A stretch of DNA of 64,000 bases from Phoronis australis (Eukaryota; Animalia; Phoronida): the NCBI GenBank assembly GCA_002633005.1, contig NMRA01000355.1, forward strand, positions 409,560-473,559, in the 5' to 3' direction. This document shows positions 53,110-64,000 of the stretch, piece by piece. The notes beneath the pieces were generated by a model. That model did no database searches. It was not told the origin of the DNA and saw only the letters and a list, made by a program, of their open reading frames with translations. The number at the start of each line of letters is the position of its first letter. The stretch's first letter is position 1. Position numbers and translations under genes: made by a program.

Positions 53110-54032
53110 GTTGTTGTCTTTGACGTTTTTGACAATACGGTTATTCCAATCCTCAGTTATAGCGCTGAAGTATGGGGATTCTAAGAGTATCGCTGTGTAG
53201 AGAATGTTCATATTGGAATTTGTAAAAGTCTGCTGGGTGTTGGTAGAAGTTATACTAGTAGAACCGTTTCAAGTAAACTCGGGGGCTTTCTGTTTTTTTT
53301 TCAAATTGTTTTTAAAGATTATCGAATATTGGTTAAAGTTTTTTAAATTGCAATCTTCGTGTGACCCCAGGTTGGTCTGTAATATGCTTGTGAAATTAAA
53401 CGAGGCAGGAAATTCTACATGGGGCACATCTGTTGAGGCACTGTTAAACATATATGGTTTTGGTTTTGGAGTTGGGTGCGAAGAATTATTTTTACAGGCC
53501 GTTGAAAAGAGAATTAATGATTGCTTTTTGCAAGAATGGAATATAGACGGGCAAAACAGTTCAAAATTATGTATTCGAAAAGACATTTAATTTGGAAGTC
53601 TATGTTTCATTCAAACTACACCATTGCTTCATAAGTTCCTTTGCAAATTTAGTCGAGTTGGGAAGACATCTATCTGTTGATAATTATCTGTGAATATGTC
53701 CTTTACGTAAACAAAGCTGTGGTCAACAAAGTTTTGTGGGAGTTTCACTTTATTTGTGTATGTCCCTTCTGCAACGATTTGAGAATAAGGTAGCTGCATA
53801 ACTTGCATAGGACCACGTTACCATCCCTTTTGGAGGTTGATGGGAATTTCTGATCCCTGTATACTCAGTTTTATTAAGTTTGGGTATCACGCTTCTCAGT
53901 ACTCGGACAAAAACTTATGGGTGTCTAAAATATTACGTTTGCGCGTAAGAGTGCTCTTGTATTATAATGTGTTGTATGTATGTATGTATGTTGTATGTGT
54001 ACTGTGGACTAATGACCTCGAGTGCAAATAAA
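53110..54032 (+). mobile_element. 3' fragment of a second non-LTR retrotransposon
   Basis: FDNTVIPILSYSAEVWGF...VENVHIGICKSLLGV...IIEYWLK...FLQEW.....SSKL, followed by decayed Cys/His motifs and aataaa at ~54027. Confidence 0.6.
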
Positions 54033-54624
54033 TGATGACGAAATTATTGATTGGCTTTAAAATCTAACAAATTTGTGAACGTGCCAAAATATCAAAGATT
54101 AATAATCCAGTAAAATGTACCTATTATCAAAAATCTTTCAACCAGCGCAGCTACTGTAAACTTTAAATTTCGAAAACACAATATAAAAACGCAACATTTC
54201 ATTCTCATGTAGATCATCATCAGACAAAGTAGACACGATGTCAAAGAACTGACAGCAAAAAGTCACGCCGACGTACAGAGGTCAACACGACGAACAAGGA
54301 TCGAGTAAACAATGAATTAATTATCACATCTGAAAGAACAACAACTCAGTACACAGGAAATACATTTTGTGTTCTCTTTTGCCTGATGATGTCGTTGCGT
54401 AAGAGTGAAACGTTGCATCTGTATTTTGTTTTTAACTATGAAATTTTCAGTATCTGCGCTAGTTGCAATTTAAGACTCTTTCGCCAGGCACTAATGTTAC
54501 CAATGTTCCTAATGAACACGTAAAATGCCTATAGAATAAACAAAACTAGAGTGGGAGGAAGATATGCTAGAATTAACTCCTCAGCTAAACGTTGAAATAC
54601 GACAAATTAAAATAACAATAAATT

Positions 54625-55762
54625 CACAGGATCTTTACTAAATTTAGTAAGTATATTTATATGATGATAACAACAGACGACGACGACTTTCGGACAGAAC
54701 TGACATTTGGTGTGCCACCTAGTGGCAATTTTATTTTTTTACGTTAACCTCTGTATCTTCAAAGGTCCTCATCGTATTTTCATAAAATTTGGCATATAGG
54801 CATCTATTAATGAGGAGTCACTATCTCTTCGTTTTCAGATGAATTCGACCAAGTTTGCGCAACCTAGTGGCCATTTTTACTGTTTTCGAGTTTTTTGGCG
54901 TCCACTAATCTATCAACCAAACCGTTTTCAGGATAATTGTGAAAATTGGCATGTATGTTTTTACTATGAAGTGGACGGCTGATGATTTTCTGACGAGTTC
55001 GACTACTGGGACGCCTCCTAGTGGCAGTTTTTTTGCGCTCATAGCTGTGTCTCCTAAACTGTTTGCAGGTTCTTTTCTTAATTTAGCAAGTGTTTTTATA
55101 TGATGTTGATTACGGACGACGACGACTTTCGGGCAGATCTGGACTACTGCTGTGCACCCTAGTGACATTTTTTACGTTTAACGTATCTTCAAAGGTGCTC
55201 AACAGATTTTCATAAAATTTTAAATATAGACATCTGTTGGTGTGATGATGCTATCTCCCTGTTTGTGGATGGAATCGAAGTATGTTGCACCACCTAGTGG
55301 CCATTTTTGCTGTTTTCAAATCTTGTTTTGGTGTCCACCCCTGTATCAACCAAGTCATTTGAAAATTGGCATATATGTTCTGAGTGTGAAGACGACCTTT
55401 GATGATGGTGACTGAATACTGTGGCGCCTCCTAGTGGTAGTTTTGTGCTGCGCCCATTAATGTTGTATCTCCAAAACCCACTGTAGGATCTTTATTACAT
55501 TTAGTAAGTGTATTTATATGAAGATAACCACAGACGACGACTTTCAGGCGGATCCAGCGGACACTGTCCACTAGTGGCAATTTCATTTTATTCTGTTTTC
55601 CTTTGTTTCTCTGAAGTTCCTTGACAGATTTTCATGAAATATTGCATGCTCCTGTTTTTGTGTGTTTTGCGCCATCTAGTGGCCATTTTTATAATACAAT
55701 TAAATAGCCCTAAAAGCACACCATTTGCAATGCATTCGTGGGTGCTCTGCGTTGCTCTTGTA
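54625..55762 (+). mobile_element. HINE-like repeat, 3' part (same family as 4524-5220)
   Basis: Recurring ccacctagtggc, cctcctagtgg and ttcat(a/g)aaatt sub-repeats. Ends gtgggtgctc...cttgt, approximately complementary to the 5' cgcgcccac. Confidence 0.5.
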
Positions 55763-55849
55763 TATGTTCAGGCAAACAAATTTGGCATCAACATATGCGA
55801 ATTTGACTACATGAGTATTGCCTTGGGACATCGAAACCAGATAAGTACA

Positions 55850-56044
55850 GCCAACACTGGTACGGAAAATGCATATCGGATAAATATATTTAACCTTAAA
55901 ACGACGTGTAGTGCTTAGTAAGCCAACACTGGTACGAAAAATCCATATCCCTAAATATATCTAACCGTAAAACGACGTGTAGTGCTTAGTAAGCCAACAC
56001 TGGTACGAAAAATCCATATCCCTAAATATATTTAACCTTAAAAC
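55850..56044 (+). repeat. 71-bp minisatellite, about 2.7 copies; head of unit 3, fused directly to NTase-gene sequence
   Basis: Same unit as 5286-5548. It ends ...taaccttaaaacg and runs straight into gagttgaatttgatagtgctgcgcc (equivalent of ~45007). Confidence 0.9.
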
Positions 56045-57497
56045 GGAGTTGAATTTGATAGTGCTGCGCCTTTTGCTTGCAAAACGCCACTTGGAAGACC
56101 TGACAGAACCGGAAGACAAGGCATAGAATTGATAAAAACACCCAAACACATGGCTGCAATATGCGAAAGTGAAACCGCCTTTAAGGAGGGTTATAACTTC
56201 GATCGCGTATTGACGGTTAAAACCAAACTCCATGGAGATGATCACCTTTTTGAAAAGTTCAGACAGCTCAGAGCATAAAATCAGGCAAAGGAAGACTCGC
56301 GCAGAAAGTACATTCAGGATATCCGTACATGGCATAAAAAAAGTTCGAAGAAGTTTTGAAATATAACTTACATACTTTACGACTGATCTGGCGGAAACTC
56401 ATCACCAAAAGCAGATTCCCAATGCATAACTATGGTGATCAGCGGATTCAGTCTATTTTGAATACGATTGGAAGCTTGCACGAAATGAACAAGCAAGAGT
56501 TGAAGTATAATGATTATGATGATGTTGAAGTTACGCTCATCGCAGATAATCTTAATGTTATCGGGATTGTCTGTACAACTATGGCTATGTACAACTTGGC
56601 CATAATATACTACGAAGACTCACTGAGTTTGAAGAGGAAGATATACGGTGATGGTGAGCATCCCGGTATTACCACTAGTTTGAATAATATTGGGGGTGTG
56701 TATTACAGCATGTGTAAATACGACCTGGTCTTACAGTACTATCAAGACTCAGTGAGTATGAAGAGGAGGATACACGGTGATGGTGATCATCCCGACATTA
56801 CCACTAGTTTGTATAGCATTGGGAGTGTGTATCAGGAGATGCGTAAGTACGACCTGGCCTTACAATACTACCAAGACTCACTGGATATAAAGAGGAGGAT
56901 ACACGGTGATGGTGATCATCCCGACATTGCCATTAGTTTGAATAATCTTGGGAGTGTGTATGATAAGATGTGTAAGTACGACCTGGCCTTACAATACTAT
57001 CAACAGTCACTGAGTATGAAGAGGAGGATACACGGTGATGGTGATCATCCCAACATTGCCTTTAGTTTGTATAGCATTGGGAGTGTGTATCAGGAGATGC
57101 GTAAGTACGACCTGGCCTTACAATACTACCAAGACTCACTGGATATAAAGAGGAGGATACACGGTGATGGTGATCATCCCAACATTGCCACTAGTTTGTA
57201 TAGCATTGAGAGTGTGTATCAGGAGATGCGTAAGTACGACCTGGCCTTACAATACAACCAAGACTCACTGGATATAAAGAGGAGGATACACGGTGATGGT
57301 GATCATCCCGACATTGCCGCTAGTTTGAATAACATTGGGGATTGACTTTCAATACTATCAAAATGTATAGTAGGATGAGAAGTATACACTATGTTGAAGA
57401 CCATCACAACATTGCCACAATTTGGAAGAGATTATTATAAGGAAATGTGTAAGTACGACCTGGTCTTACAATACTGTGAAGACTCAGGAAGTATTTA
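56044..57497 (+). pseudogene. NTase-TPR copy C: 5'-deleted fragment with 5 divergent TPR units
   Basis: 56044-56327 corresponds to 45006-45287 with frameshifts, then jumps to the equivalent of ~45972. ORF 56356-57345 has HP codons at 56659 + 129n (to 57304) and YSIGSVYQE/NNIGGVYYS/NNLGSVYDK variants. A decayed unit extends to ~57497, where a MITE begins. Confidence 0.85.
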
Positions 57498-57712
57498 CAG
57501 GGGGGGGCTCGAAGTGGCGAAGTGGGCAAAAAGGTCCACCCCTGAGAGACAAAATGTCCGAGGAAATGGGACATAGGTCCAGAAAATAAGCGCATGCTAG
57601 CAATTCACAGTGGTGTTCCAGTTATTTTTTGGTCCGACCGCTCCTTTGTTAGCGAAAGGTCCATAACGTCAGGAATTCGAGCCCCCCATTTTGACGGCTG
57701 AGTGCGCGCATG
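57498..57712. mobile_element. MITE-like element (family of 4192-4436)
   Basis: Shares ggctcgaa..tggcgaagtgggcaaa..aggtccac and gagccccc with 4192-4436. Confidence 0.45.
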
Positions 57713-58429
57713 TTTGTGATAGCGAAATTACGATTTATTGCCGATCTTAAAGGGGTGAAATTACATTTAGTTGGTGCATGCTTCTAGCAGCGCCGAATCA
57801 TTCTATGGGAACAAGACTTTTCACTCAATCTATGGTGTTCCCGTGATGATGTTCGCGTGTTTTCAGTTAAATTTCAATTGTGGGACCATGGAATGTCAGC
57901 TACTTTTGGAGGGACAAGGTTTGTACGGCGTCTCAAAGTGAACAGTGCGATAATGAAATTAGTCTTGATGAGAACTGCAACTGAGTTTATTGTTTTTACA
58001 AAATGTCGAATGATTTCACTACAGCTAGCTTAACTTCTGAACCAGATTTGCTTCTGCGCAAACCTTGTGTTATTTGTTGCGCTAGAGGTTTTAAAAATAC
58101 ACTGGGCTTGTATTTTCCGACAACAGGCTAGTACACCGATGGTGATACATGACCGCTAGGAAAACCCTGTTTAAAAAAATGTTAAAAAGAAATTCAAAGT
58201 CGTTGTGCGTGTTGTTGACATTGTTCACGTTGTCTATCGTATGTCACCATGTGGTCTCCTGAGCGATTTTATTTTACATCCATCTACATGTACATGTACA
58301 TGCACTCAGCAGTCTGTAGCACACTCTTGACAAAGAGCGAATCACTGGAAACAGGGGGTGGGGGGGATATTTTAATATATTTTAGTACCGACGCTCATCG
58401 TTTTAGTTTTACTAGTTTAACAATCTTTG

Positions 58430-60135
58430 TACTACATTAAAATGGAAATATATGTGTTCGCCATTCTGCTCTAGATTATAACAAACTTCATATATAATAA
58501 AGAGTTAGTATATATCTTGTTATGCAACAACATATACTTAAAAATATTTAATTCATGGATCGAAAGGAAGTGAATATTTTTAATGTCTTGTTTTGAGTGA
58601 CGCTGTGTCAAGTTTTCAACAAAACATTTTTGATTTTTTGCAACTTTATTGTAATCTAAGCAAATTTAATTATTGTAGCTAACCAATCGCTGATGACCTT
58701 GATCAATTTTTCTAGGTAAAATAATATCTATTGAATAAAATCTCATGATTTGAAAATATCTTAATTTATATATTGCCTTGAGCATTTCCCACTACAGCAG
58801 TATATTTTAGCTTCAAGAAAGTTATTGATGAATAATAACCCATTATTAGCAAAATTTTTATAATGTGATTTGGTATTAAGTGTTATATCTCAGCTATGCC
58901 ATAAAACCTGGTCACAAACAGGCACATCTTTAAAAATATGATTCAACTGCTCAATCACCGACACGACTTATTTATACAAATCATCAGTTACCGTTCTAAA
59001 CAGATTGTTCACTTTACCATTACATGGCCACAGCAGCTGACCCCCATAGCTCTTGAGGATTTGTTTTAGATAAAACTTCCAGCTTCCACATTCAGGAGAC
59101 TGAAGTCTTTTAACCCAGTTGACTAAAAGGCCCTCCTTTATATGGCTCATATCGGGAACTTTTAAGCCACCATATTCATAACCAGTTTCAACTCTTTTCT
59201 TTATTTTAGACTGTTTTCCTCCCCAAATAAAATCATCAAAATTGTGTCGATTTGTTTACACAAATCACTTGCCAATCCAAGGACTGACATGTGAATCAAT
59301 TTGGATAACGCAACAGTTTTAGCTAAGACAATTCTTCCTTTGATTGTTAATTTTGTTGTTTTCCAAATATTTAAAACTCCCCTAAGTTCCGGATTTTTTC
59401 TTCAAATTTTTAGCTATTTTTCATTTTCGTAATTTCCCGAAATAAACGCCCAGGCATTTATTATTTCTGTTTGGACAATTTATGTTATACATTTTCTTAA
59501 GTTCGGGCTGGTGGCCTAAAAGGATTCCTTCGTATTTTCGCTTATTTATATCAAGACCCAGACACGTCACCAAATTTTCTGAGGTATCCAAAGCATTCTT
59601 TTCCAGATTTTAAGACTTCCTGACCATCAATACACAATCCTTTGATTAAGGAATTATTTCTGTTGTAATGGCTCATGAACTCCACACATAGTATAAAAAG
59701 TTGATTACTCAAGGGGCCCCCTTGGCGAAGGCCTCTCTTGACCTTAAAAAACGCAAGTAAATCTATTCTTTTGAACACAAGACACAATATCGTTACAAAT
59801 AATTTTTATCAGTTGAATAAATTTGGGACCAAATTTAAAGGCCAAAAGGGTTTTCTGAAGAAAGGACCAATTTAAACTGCCATACGCTTTCGTAAAATGT
59901 AAGAATGTTATTTGTCTGTTAAGAATGTTATTTGTATAACAAGATATTTTGTCCGAAATTTATCAAATGTTTTGACCGATAAATCGTTTGGTGTGGATGA
60001 ATAAACCTATGGATACACTTGTTTAGCCTGTTGGCAATACACTTTGTGAATAATTAATTTGTAGTCATAATGGGTAGCCAATTTTCAAGAGTTTTTAATT
60101 CGTCTATATTTGTACTTTTGAGGATAAGTGTAATA
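58430..60135 (-). mobile_element. degraded L1/Tx1-type LINE ORF2 (RT) fragment
   Basis: Minus-strand peptides AFKFGPKFIQ, VKRGLRQGGPLSNQLFILCVEFM (RT motif G.RQG.PLS..LF), IWKTTKLTIKGRIVLAKT and GGLKVPD...NWVKRL. Confidence 0.75.
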
Positions 60136-60138
60136 ACA

Positions 60139-62233
60139 GAGTATGATGAGGAGGATACACAATGAGGGTGATCATCCCACCATTGCCACAAGTTTGCATA
60201 ATGTTGGGGATGTATATAAGGAGATGTGTAAGCACCACCTGGTGTTACAGTACTATAAAGACTCACTGAGTATGAATAAGAGGATACACAGTGACGGTGA
60301 TCATCCCAGCATTGCCACAAGTTTGCATAATATTGGCGATGTATATAAGGAGATGTGTAAGTACGACCTGGCGTTACAGTACTATCAATACTCACTGAGT
60401 ATGAAGAAGAGAATACACAGTGATGGTGATCATCCCAGCATTGCCACAAGTTTGCATAATATTGGGGATGTATATAAGAACATGTGTTAGTACGACCTGG
60501 CGTTACAGTACTATCAAGACTCACTGAGTATGAATAAGAGAATACACAGTGATGGTGATCATCCCAGCATTGCCACAAGTTTGCATAATATTGGGGATGT
60601 ATATAACGGGATGTGTAAGTACGACCTGGCCCTACAGTACTGTCAAGACTCACTGAGTATGGAGAGGAGGATACACGGTGATGGTGATCATCCCAGCATT
60701 GCCACAAGTTTGCATAATGTTGGGGATGTATATAAGGAGATGTGTAAGCACCACCTGGTGTTACAGTACTATAAAGACTCACTGAGTATGAAGAAGAGAA
60801 TACGCAGTGATGGTGATCATCCCAGCATTGCCACAAGTTTGCATAATATTGGGGATGTATATAAGAACATGTGTTAGTACGACCTGGCGTTACAGTACTA
60901 TCAAGACTCACTGAGTATGAATAAGAGAATACACAGTGATGGTGATCATCCCAGCATTGCCACAAATTTGCATAATATTGGGGATGTATATAAGGAGATG
61001 TGTAAGTACGACCTGGCGTTGCAGTACTTTAAAGACTCACTGAGTATGATGAAGAGAATACACGGTAATGGTGATTATCCCAGCATTGCAAGTAGTTTGC
61101 ATAATATTGGGGATGTATATAAGAAGATGTGTAAGTATGACCTAGCGTTACAGTACCAGCAAGACTCACTGAGTATGAAGAAGAGAATACACAGTGATGG
61201 TGATCATCCCAGCATTGCCACGAGTTTGCGTAATATTGGTGATGTATATATGAAGATGTGTAAGTACGACCTGGCGTTGCAGTACTATCAAGACTCACTG
61301 AGTATGAAGAAGAGAATACACAGTGATGGTGATCATCCCAGCATTGCCACGAGTTTGCGTAATATTGGTGATGTATATATGAAGATGTGTAAGTACGACC
61401 TGGCGTTGCAGTACTATCAAGACTCAGTGAGTATGATGAGGAGGATACACGGTGATGGTGATCATCCCAGCATTGCAATTAGTTTGCATAATATTGGGGA
61501 TGTATACAAGAACATGTGTTAGTACGACCTGGCGTTGCAATACTATAAAGACTCACTGAGCATGAAGAAGAGAATACACGGTGATGGTGATCATCCCAGC
61601 ATTGCCATAAGTTCGCATAATATTGGGGATTTATATAAGGAGATGTGTAATACGACCTGGCGTTGCAGTACTATCAAGACTCACTGAGTATGAAGAAGAG
61701 AATACACAGTGATGGTGATCATCCCAGTATTGCCACAAGTTTGCATAATATTGGGGATGTATATAAGGAGATGTGTATGTACGACCTGGCGTTACAGTAC
61801 TATCAAGACTCACTGAGTATGAAGAAGAGAATACCCAGTGATGGTGATCATCCCAGCGTTGCCACAAGTTTGCATAATATTGGGGATGTATACAAGAAGA
61901 TGTGTAAGCACGACTTGGCGTTACAGTACTATCAAGACTCACTGAGTATGGACAGGAGGATACACGGTGATGGTGATCATCCCGACATTGCCATAAGTTT
62001 GCATAATATTGGGGATGTATATAAGAACATGTGTTAGTACGACCTGGCGTTGCAGTACTATAAAGACTCACTGAGTATGAAGAAGAGAATACACGGTGAT
62101 GGTGATCATCCCAGCATTGCCACAAGTTTGCATAATATTGGGGATGTATATATGAAGATGTGTAAGTACGACCTGGCGTTACAGTACTATAAAGACTCAC
62201 TGAGTATGATGAGGAGGATACACGGTGATGGTG
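60139..62233 (+). pseudogene. copy D: orphan TPR array of 16 x 129 bp, no NTase head, four identical nonsense codons and one frameshift
   Basis: First HP codon at 60173. TGT TAG (AAG>TAG) at 60488, 60875, 61520 and 62035; 1-bp deletion at ~61650. Bounded by LINE sequence on the left and by unrelated sequence from ~62234. Confidence 0.9.
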
Positions 62234-63039
62234 GTCGGGCTTTGCCTATCATGACGATTTTCGATTAGACGGCTACCGTAGCGGCAGATAGGCGGACGTA
62301 GAGATCGACGAGATCACGTCACACATGCTTGCTAATTTGTCTACTTCTTAGGCGAGCATAGCGTACGAAACTCAGATATGTAAAATTGTTTAGTCTATCC
62401 GAGTATGAAATCCGCGGTCGAGTGCCTACACAGCGAGCGAATGGCGTCAGATGCTGTTTTTCTTTATTTTACTATTTTCGTATATTCCTTGTTCATTTTG
62501 GTGTGCTTATGTATAAGCCAGTCACTCTAACAGTTGTGGTTAGCCGGTTAAGTAGGGTCATTTTCATCTGCAACCCAGGAGCCACTACACCCAGGCTACT
62601 AGTAAACAGTATCCATGTAACTGCGCCAAGTTTTCGAAAGCGCGGCACTGTAACACTAGTGTGATACTTCTGCTCGTTTAGGCGTATAACTCATCTCAGC
62701 TTACCAGTAGTGTCTCACTTATTTTAACACAAGATTTTTAAATTACGATTTCAAAATCTTGTAAATTTTCCTTTTTTAACCTATATTCCACGCAAAAGTG
62801 CCTAACCTACGTCCTAAAATTTCGTCACCGAAGCACACTGGGATTCTACTAACCCCAATTCAGTTGGAGTGCTCATTGACCCACAGTTCATGGTAATGGG
62901 CCAACCTGTGGTTTCACTCTCATGTCATTACATAATAACTTGTTGCATAGTGCTGATGACCTCGTGCCACCTCAATTGCATTTACTGACTAGATGTGCCC
63001 ATCTTTTCCTGACATCGCCGGCACAAATGTTGTTTGTCC

Positions 63040-63348
63040 TTTTGCTTAGCTCTAGTTATTCGTTGAACACATTGATACGGTGCTAGGCCTTTTTACTGGC
63101 AAACATATTTTGTAGACCTGGTTACTTTCTGATTTGTGTACTTGGTGTTGTCTATTTTATATGACTTTTTGCGGTATCATTATTCCTGAGTTTTTGCTTA
63201 GCTCTAGTTATTGGTTGAACACATTGATACATGTACGGTGCTAGGCCTTTTTACTGGCAAACATATTTTGTAGACCAGGTTACTTTCTGATTTGTGTACT
63301 TGGTGTTGTCTATTTTATATGACTTTTTGCGGTATCATTATTCCTGAG
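63040..63348 (+). repeat. tandem duplication of about 152 bp (2 copies)
   Basis: ttttgcttagctctagttatt...tcattattcctgag occurs twice; the second copy has a 6-bp CATGTA insertion. Confidence 0.95.
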
Positions 63349-64000
63349 ACCCTGTTGCCGCCTTCTCGTATGGTTGTGTTGTGTAGGATTTTTCTAGATA
63401 TTTTATTTTTCTTAGCCATATAGTAGACATGCAAGTTTTCGTATGAAGGTCTTCCTGTGGCACATAGCTTGATCCACAGTAGTTGTGTAACTACATAGCA
63501 GACCTAATATGTAACAAAATACGTTTTACTTTCAATAAAATACTTCACAACTGCCAACCTCGCGTCTTTTTATTGTGATTGAAACTCGCATGCCACACCA
63601 CTTTGATTTTTACCAGGTACATTTATATCCAAGTTTGCCTGTCCGTTAATGGTTTATCTGTCCATGCTATACTTCGTTTCGATATTAACCTTCCCCTGCA
63701 GGTTACATGTTGATGTTTTACTTTCTGGTTCTGAGGATGAAACATTCGAAAATTTGCTAAATGATGTCTCCAAACCAGCCCATGGGACTCACCCGAAATG
63801 GAAACCATGCTACCGCCGTTGTTCGTTAGTCTAAACGGGCTTGTTTTTCAATATCATGTCATAGAAATTTAGCGTTTTAATTACTGATTTTTATCAAACT
63901 GTCGGTTTTCGTATTAAAAGCAGCGTCAAATAAAAAGCACTTTTTGAATACTGATTTTAGGTCTGTTCATGAATCTTTATATGAAATGACATCTACCATG

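Noticed and set aside
60488-60496. Programmed readthrough or recoding of the recurrent in-frame TAG codons
   Set aside because: The TAG TAC context is not a known strong readthrough signal, the stops in different arrays replace different codons (AAG, CAG, GAG), and array D also has a frameshift. Copying of a nonsense mutation is simpler.

Overview
This is AT-rich, intron-containing, repeat-rich animal DNA, most likely from a marine invertebrate draft assembly (single-N joins at 5221 and 44302, N-gap at 16372-16610). The window opens with the last three exons of an RNA polymerase III subunit RPC7 gene (POLR3G/GL-like). The rest is a tandem cluster of nested segmental duplications with a period of about 25 kb, carrying four copies or fragments (A-D) of one gene family. 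The family architecture is a small upstream exon (MGCVASKLCC, a myristoyl/palmitoyl-type N-terminus, in copy A; MECAPSELCC in copy B) spliced to one long intronless exon. That exon encodes a Pol-beta-superfamily, GlnD/DUF294-like nucleotidyltransferase (GSLARGDATPYSDLE), a helical region, and an array of near-identical 129-bp (43-aa) TPR repeats that vary mainly at a few codon positions. Only copy B keeps the catalytic motif. Copy A lost it in a 650-bp deletion, copy C is a deleted fragment with divergent repeats, and copy D is an orphan 16-repeat array with one stop codon propagated four times. The best candidate for an undescribed system is this rapidly diversifying NTase-TPR sensor/enzyme family, with silent repeat arrays as possible donors. 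Interspersed are an intron-containing AcademX-like transposon, hAT remnants, LINE and Penelope fragments, a solo LTR, MITEs, HINE-like elements and Tc1-type TACATGTA footprints. All family assignments come from motif recognition by eye; no database search was run.
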